Positions 58,845 through 64,000 of a stretch of DNA of 64,000 nucleotides are shown here, piece by piece. Both the position numbers and the translations under genes were made by a program. The notes under the pieces are model-generated. The model searched no databases and was not told the origin of the DNA. It saw only the letters and a list, made by a program, of their open reading frames with translations. Positions within the stretch are counted from its first letter, which is position 1. Each line of letters starts with the position of its first letter. This stretch comes from an uncultured Verrucomicrobiae bacterium (GTDB lineage: Bacteria; Verrucomicrobiota; Verrucomicrobiia; Limisphaerales; UBA11358): positions 582,063 to 646,062 of the forward strand of contig CAVVAN010000004.1 of assembly GCA_963746345.1 (NCBI GenBank). Reading direction: 5' to 3'.

Positions 58845-59474
58845 TTATCCGCCCACAACCGGATAACCGGCGCGCACAAATTCGCGGATGACGGCGAGTT
58901 CAATTTCGCCGTGAATGGTGTGCGCCTTGGGAAATTCGCGCCATTCGACATTGATGCCGGCGGCTTTGAGCAGTGGAATCTGCGTGCGCACTTTTTCGAT
59001 TGGAATAATCGGGTCGCTCGCGCCGTGCGTCATGAGCAATCGTTGTTGCAATGCGACGGGCGAAAGTTCTTTCAGCAATTTCGCCGGTTCAAACACCCAG
59101 CCGCTGATGCCGACGAGTCCGGCAAAGCGATGCGGATAACGCAAGCCGACCTCAATCGCCATCAGGCAGCCTTGCGAAAATCCGCCGAGCGTGGTTTGCT
59201 CGGTCTGGAAATTTTTTCGCGCGCAAATCATCGAGCAGTTCAAAAAGCAATTTCCGGCTGCGCTGAACTCCGGGCGTGATGTCGTTCGGAAATCGAACCA
59301 CGAACAGCCGCCGTAATATTCGTCCGGCGCGTTGACGAATAAATAATTCAGCCACGGCAAATTCATGGCTTCGGGCAACCAGCGGTAGCCTTCGATGCTG
59401 TCGCCCAAACCGTGCAGCATCACCATGAGCCGTGAATTTTTTTCGGCGGCGGGAATCAATTCGCTGTGCAACAT
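58845..59474 (-). CDS. phospholipase/carboxylesterase-family alpha/beta hydrolase (contains a compensated double frameshift)
   Basis: 209-aa ORF. MVMLHGLGD, nucleophile elbow GFSQG, C-terminal ..HG..D..IP. About 25-30 codons at 59212-59290 read better in the -1 frame (PNDITPGVQRSRKLLFELLDDLRAK). Confidence 0.75.
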   Translation of the reverse strand: MLHSELIPAAEKNSRLMVMLHGLGDSIEGYRWLPEAMNLPWLNYLFVNAPDEYYGGCSWFDFRTTSRPEFSAAGNCFLNCSMICARKNFQTEQTTLGGFSQGCLMAIEVGLRYPHRFAGLVGISGWVFEPAKLLKELSPVALQQRLLMTHGASDPIIPIEKVRTQIPLLKAAGINVEWREFPKAHTIHGEIELAVIREFVRAGYPVVGG

Positions 59475-59478
59475 GAAG

Positions 59479-59949
59479 TTATTTTGCCGTTGCCGCCAAA
59501 GATTTCAATCGCGCAGCTTCCGCGTCGAGCCAATCCGTCAATTCCTTGCGCTGGCTTTCAGTCAGCCGCGCGTCCGTGTGGATCACCGTGTATTTCTTCA
59601 GAGGCATTTCGCCATAACTGATTTTCTCGCTCATGTCCTCCAGCCTTCTCGACGCGCGCTTCGGATCATTTGGCCAGTCGGAAAGATTCAAATTCTCGCG
59701 GCCTCCGTTCACGTCATTCACGATCATCCACGACATCGGCGCGATGTGGGAATACCACGGCCAGCGCGTTTCGTAGGAATGGCAATCGTAACACGCCGCA
59801 TGCAACATCGCGGCGATTTTCGGCGGCGGTGGATTCGTCGCCATCAAATCACTCACGACCGGCGGATTCGTGCGTGCGGGATTTGTCAGTTGCAAACAAA
59901 CGAACGCCACGACAAGCGCAACAAGAATCCATTTCAAAGTTTTCTTCAT
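59479..59949 (-). CDS. haem-binding-domain protein with a CxxCH motif
   Basis: 156 aa from MKKTLKW. Signal/anchor, AACYDCHSYETRWPWYSHIAPMSW, ..EMPLKKY..H...LT.. Confidence 0.7.
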   Translation of the reverse strand: MKKTLKWILVALVVAFVCLQLTNPARTNPPVVSDLMATNPPPPKIAAMLHAACYDCHSYETRWPWYSHIAPMSWMIVNDVNGGRENLNLSDWPNDPKRASRRLEDMSEKISYGEMPLKKYTVIHTDARLTESQRKELTDWLDAEAARLKSLAATAK

Positions 59950-60007
59950 TTGACTATGACGTTTTAAGCAATGAAAAGTTCCTTCGCAAAACAAACTGAC
60001 ATTTCAA

Positions 60008-60475
60008 TCAGTAATAAATTTTGTCCGGTTTGCTTTTCCATTCCGCAAAAACTTTCAGCGCTTCGTTGCGCAGCAATTGTTTCATCGGAATTGTCCGGCG
60101 CGAAATTGGCAGCGCGACTTCGCGATAAATCAAATCGTCGTCAAACTTGATTTGCGCGGCGTCCTTGCGCGTGCTGGCATAATAAATTTTGCGCAACCGC
60201 GCCCAATAAATCGCCGCCAGACACATCGGGCACGGCTCGCAACTCGTGTAAAGTTCGCAATCATCGAGCCGGAACTTTTTCAATTTTTTGCACGCGTCAC
60301 GGATCGCCGAGATTTCCGCGTGCGCCGTCGGGTCGTTTGCGGACGTGACGCGATTCCAGCCGCGCCCGATAATCTTATTTTTGCGAACGACCACCGCGCC
60401 GAACGGCCCGCCGCAATTTTCGCGCATTTTTTCGAACGAAAGCCGGATAGCTTCGCGCATGAATTTGGATTTCAT
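60008..60475 (-). CDS. CMP/dCMP-type zinc deaminase (guanine deaminase/TadA-like)
   Basis: 155 aa from MKSKFMREA. HAE and PCPMC zinc motifs, GGPFGAVVV. Confidence 0.75.
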   Translation of the reverse strand: MKSKFMREAIRLSFEKMRENCGGPFGAVVVRKNKIIGRGWNRVTSANDPTAHAEISAIRDACKKLKKFRLDDCELYTSCEPCPMCLAAIYWARLRKIYYASTRKDAAQIKFDDDLIYREVALPISRRTIPMKQLLRNEALKVFAEWKSKPDKIYY

Positions 60476-60482
60476 GAAAAAT

Positions 60483-62838
60483 TCAAGCGCGTTTGTTCCC
60501 GCCAAACAACAGCCGCAAACTGTTCATCACCACGACGACCGTGCTGCCTTCGTGGCCGACGACGCCGATCGTCAGCGGAATTTTTCCGAGCATCGCAAAT
60601 GAAACCAGCACGACGACCGTGCCGAGCGAAATGACCAGATTCTGGCGGATGATGCGGCGCGCGCGCTGGCTCAAGCGGAACGCGGCGAGAAAATTTTCCA
60701 GTCTGTCGTGCATCAAAACTACGTCGGCCTGTTCCAGCGCGGCGTCCGAACCGCGCGCGCCCATCGCCACGCCGATGTGCGCCGCCGCCAGGCTCGGCGC
60801 GTCGTTCACGCCGTCGCCAACCATCGCGACTTTTTTACCCTGCCCGCTCAATTCGCGGATGGCGGCGACTTTTTGTTCCGGCTTCAATTCCGCGCGCACG
60901 TCGTCCAGTTTCAATTCGGCGCGCAAATGTTCGGCGGTCGGCCTTGCGGTCGCCGGTCAGAACAACGGAGCGCAAACCTTCGTGGCGCAATTCGTCAATG
61001 ACCGACGCGGCCTGCGGGCGGATGTCGTCGCGCAAAATAATCCGCCCCAGCAAATCGCCGTGGGCAATCCAGATCTCCGAAACGCCGGAATCTGTCTGCG
61101 TAGCAGCCGACGTGAGTCGGCTCTGATCAATTTTGGCATGAGTGGACTCGCTTCGATCAATGATCCATTCGCGTCTGCCGAGCAAACATTTCCGTCGCCG
61201 TCGTGTTTCGCCGCAAGCCCTGGCCGGTAACGGATTCAAAATGATCCAGCGCGAGCGGCTCAATTTCTTGTTGTTTGCCGTGGCGCGTGATGGCGCGGGC
61301 GAGCGGATGCGTGGAAAGTTTTTCCAGCGAATAGGCGAGCCGCGCGATTTCATTTTCGCGTCCGGGCGGAAAACTTTCAATTTTTTCCACGCGCAATTCG
61401 CCGGTCGTCAGCGTGCCGGTTTTGTCGAGCGCAACGATGTTGACTTCCGCCAATTTTTCCACCGCCGCGCCGCCGCGAAACAAAATGCCGTGCCGCGCGC
61501 CCCACGCGATGGCCGCCAGCACCGCCGACGGAATGGAAAGCACCAGCGCGCACGGCGAGGAGACGACGAGCAACGTCATCGTGCGATAAAACGCGCTGTG
61601 TGATCGCGGCATTGGAAATGAACGGCGCAAGGCCGAAACCAAGCCACCAGACAAAAAACATCGCCAACGAAAGCGCGAGCACGAAATAAGTGTAGACCGT
61701 GCTGAACTTGTCGGTGAATTGTTGCGCGGGCGCTTTTTGCTGCTGCGCTTCGCGGATGAGCGTGATGATTTTTTGCAGCGAACTTTCGGCGGCGGGTTTC
61801 GTGACCGACGATTTCGACCGCGCCCCACAAGATTGATGGTTCCGGCAAGAACCGTGTCGCCGACATTTTTTTCCACGGGCGTGGCTTCGCCGGTGAGATT
61901 GGATTCGTCGGCGGCGGTCGCGCCTTTGGCAGATTTCCGCGTCCACGGGAAATTGCGCGCCGGGTTTGATGAGCAGCCTCATCCCTGCGCGAAGATTTTC
62001 CACGGGCACTTCGCGTTCGCGGCCTTGATCGTCGAGCACCGTGGCGGTTTTCGGCGCGTCGCGGAACAGCGAGCGGATTTCCTTTTGCGTGCGGCCCAGC
62101 GCGTAATGTTCCAGCGCGCCGGACAAGTGAAAATAGAAACAGCAGCGTCGCGCCTTCCGCCCACGCGCCGATGCAGGCCGCGCCGACGGCGACGGCAATC
62201 ATCAGAAAATGCACGTCAATGGCGCGCTTTTGCAGTCGTTCCCAGACTTCTTCCGCCGTGATAAAATCCGCCGGCGAGATACGCGGCGACAAAGAAAATG
62301 ATCTTTGAATGGCGCGGGCGAAAAAAGTCGCCAGCCAGCCCGAAAATGCCGCACAAAATCGCGGCGGCCAATTGCAGCCTTCCATTCGTCAATGTGCGTG
62401 GTCGTCGTCGTGGATTTCGATTTCGCGCGGGACGATTTTGGGAAGCGGAAAATCGCGCCAGCGCCAGAATTTCGGCGCGGTCGGGCAGGTCACGCGCGCG
62501 ATGGTCGTGCTTGCGCCGTCGTGCTGGATCGTGATTTTTTTCCGTTCGGCCTCGGAAAACGGCGAGCCGCAGACGGCGCAATCGCTTTTGCCGCTCAACA
62601 AAGAGCAGGCGTGGGCTGCATCGGCAGTCTGCGCGGATTGAAATTTCTCCGTGAGGCGCTGCGTGAGTTTTTCTGCGTCGGTGCGGCCGAGCGTGGCGAC
62701 GGAAATTTTCTGGCGCGCGGGATCAATCGTCACCGCTTCGAGCGTCGGCTCCTCGGCGAGCGTGTCAGCGACGGAGCGCGCGAGGCATTTTTCGGCCTCG
62801 GCGCGGCGGTCGGCAATTTTGTCGGGCGATGAATTCAC
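60483..62838 (-). pseudogene. P1B-4-type heavy-metal P-type ATPase (at least 6 frameshifts)
   Basis: SPC in TM6 (VVSSPCALVLS), DKTGTLT, GDGVNDAP, HEGSTVVVVMNS in the last TM. The N-terminus lacks a GMTCxxC HMA domain but has C..C and a HDDDHAH segment. Proposed GTG start at 62838. Confidence 0.8.
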
Positions 62839-62960
62839 AACGATATTATTTGTAGCACATCGGCGGGCGCGACGCACGCAAAAGGCGCGATTTGAGGCCG
62901 GATTTTTGAACTCGACTTTGAAAAAGTTCCCGGCATTGTTCAAACAACAACTCACTCTTT

Positions 62961-63716
62961 ATGAAAAAACTTTCGTTGATTCTGGCGGCGATTCTAGCTT
63001 TTGGTTTTGCGCCCGCATATTCGCTGTTCGGTCAAATGCCAAACGCCCCGCAATTCGGCAACGGCATGGAAAAATTGTTCGGCGACAACCAGACATTTTC
63101 CGCCACGCTCGAAATGCAAGTGAGCAACAACGGCAGCCCGATGACCATGTCCGGCAAAATGTCGTTCGACAAAGGCAGTTCGAGGACCGAGATGAACATG
63201 GCGGACATGAAGGGCGGCATTCCGCCCGAGGCCATGGCGCAAATGAAATCCATGGGGCTGGATCGCATGGTGACGATTTCGCAATCCGATAAAAAATATA
63301 TTTTTATCATTTATCCAAACGCCCAAGCCTACACTGAAATGACGCCATCTGTTGCCGATGCGAACACTACAAACGCAGATTCCAAGGTTGAAATCACCAA
63401 GTTGGGCGAGGAAGCCGTGGCCGGCCATCCGTGTGTGAAAAATAAAGCCGTCGTCACCGACAATGCGGGGGCCAAACATGAGTTCACAGTCTGGAACGCG
63501 ACCGACTTGAAAAATTTTCCGATCAAAATCGAAATGAATGAACAGGGCAGCGCGATCACCACTTCATACACAGACATCAGCTTCTCCAAGCCCGACGCGA
63601 GCCTGTTCACTCCGCCGACCGGCTTCACAAAATACGACAGCGTGCAGGAAATGATGCAGTCAGTGATGATGAAAAAAATGGGCGGCGGAATGGGATTCCC
63701 GCCAGCGCAGCAATAA
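62961..63716 (+). CDS. secreted DUF4412-like protein
   Basis: Intact 251 aa with a signal peptide, Met-rich, LolA-like beta pattern. The family call is from memory. Confidence 0.5.
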   Translation: MKKLSLILAAILAFGFAPAYSLFGQMPNAPQFGNGMEKLFGDNQTFSATLEMQVSNNGSPMTMSGKMSFDKGSSRTEMNMADMKGGIPPEAMAQMKSMGLDRMVTISQSDKKYIFIIYPNAQAYTEMTPSVADANTTNADSKVEITKLGEEAVAGHPCVKNKAVVTDNAGAKHEFTVWNATDLKNFPIKIEMNEQGSAITTSYTDISFSKPDASLFTPPTGFTKYDSVQEMMQSVMMKKMGGGMGFPPAQQ

Positions 63717-63718
63717 AA

Positions 63719-64000
63719 TCATCCGAGCAAGCTCTTCGCTTTTGCCAGCGCTTCGTCCAGTTTGCTGGCATCTTTGCCGCCGCCGCGGGCGTTGTCCGGT
63801 TTGCCGCCGCCTTTGCCGCCGACAATCGGCGCGATGGTCTGGATGATTTTTCCGGCCTGAATCTTTGCCGTGAAATCCGCTGAAACAGTTGCCACGAGCG
63901 AAACCGCGCCGTTCGCTGCGCCGCCCAGAACGATCACGCCTTTGAATCGTGCCTTTCAGCGCGTCCGCAACGGCCTGCAAATAATCCGCGTCCGACGTCG
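63719..64000 (-). pseudogene. alaS: alanyl-tRNA synthetase, C-terminal end (partial at window edge, frameshift near 63945)
   Basis: ..VIVLGGAANGAVSLVATVS.D...KIQAGKII..IAPIVGGKGGGKPD.A.GGGKD..KLDEAL..A..LL*. Confidence 0.8.

Noticed and set aside
17028-64000. Programmed ribosomal frameshifting or transcriptional slippage as the explanation for the broken genes.
   Set aside because: There are far too many events (about 50-60) in unrelated genes, with both +1 and -1 shifts, no shared slippery heptamer or downstream structure, and several compensated pairs. Homopolymer miscalls explain the pattern more simply.
1-64000. tRNA, rRNA, integrase, transposase or prophage genes.
   Set aside because: No T-loop (ggttcgaatcc-like) or cloverleaf candidates were seen in the intergenic regions. 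No ORF has recombinase or DDE motifs. The mobile-looking items (MITE, TA cassettes) lack their own enzymes in this window.

Overview
64-kb chromosomal segment of a GC-rich Gram-negative bacterium. It is probably Verrucomicrobiota/PVC-like; this is an inference from a PEP-CTERM protein, many TPR/HEAT and secreted hypothetical proteins, and several short intergenic repeat families.

Most of the content is housekeeping:
- pstSCAB-phoU plus a porin
- fmt, adk, miaB, typA, trpA, aroC, dapF-like, shc, pyrD, hisS
- rpsP-KH-trmD-rplS
- hisA, thiG, panB, rfaE-type heptose kinase, alaS (partial)

Accessory content:
- three tandem TPR-sulfotransferase paralogues
- a PEP-CTERM protein
- five toxin-antitoxin-like modules (RelE-like, MazEF, an unclassified overlapping pair, antitoxin+RelE/ParE, DUF433+DUF5615)
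- a 153-bp MITE
- a P1B-4-type metal ATPase
- a papain-like peptidase

I saw no rRNA, tRNA, CRISPR array, integrase or transposase gene.

I did not find a large multi-gene novel system. The observations that most deserve follow-up are:
1. Two TA cassettes are each bounded by direct copies of the leader plus 5' end of a Uma2 nuclease gene, in a cassette-array-like layout with no recombinase nearby.
2. A DapF homologue has both catalytic cysteines replaced by serine.
3. From about 17 kb onward, more than 20 conserved genes are broken by roughly 50-60 single-base indels, and some apparently intact ORFs hide compensated shifts. The first 17 kb and the low-GC accessory ORFs are clean. This most likely reflects homopolymer-type sequence errors.
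4. A MITE has perfect 24-bp terminal inverted repeats and an 8-bp target-site duplication.
5. A palindromic repeat appears to sit in-frame inside an alcohol dehydrogenase gene.

Genes disrupted as sequenced are listed as pseudogene over their reconstructed full span. All product calls come from motif recognition by eye, not from database searches.
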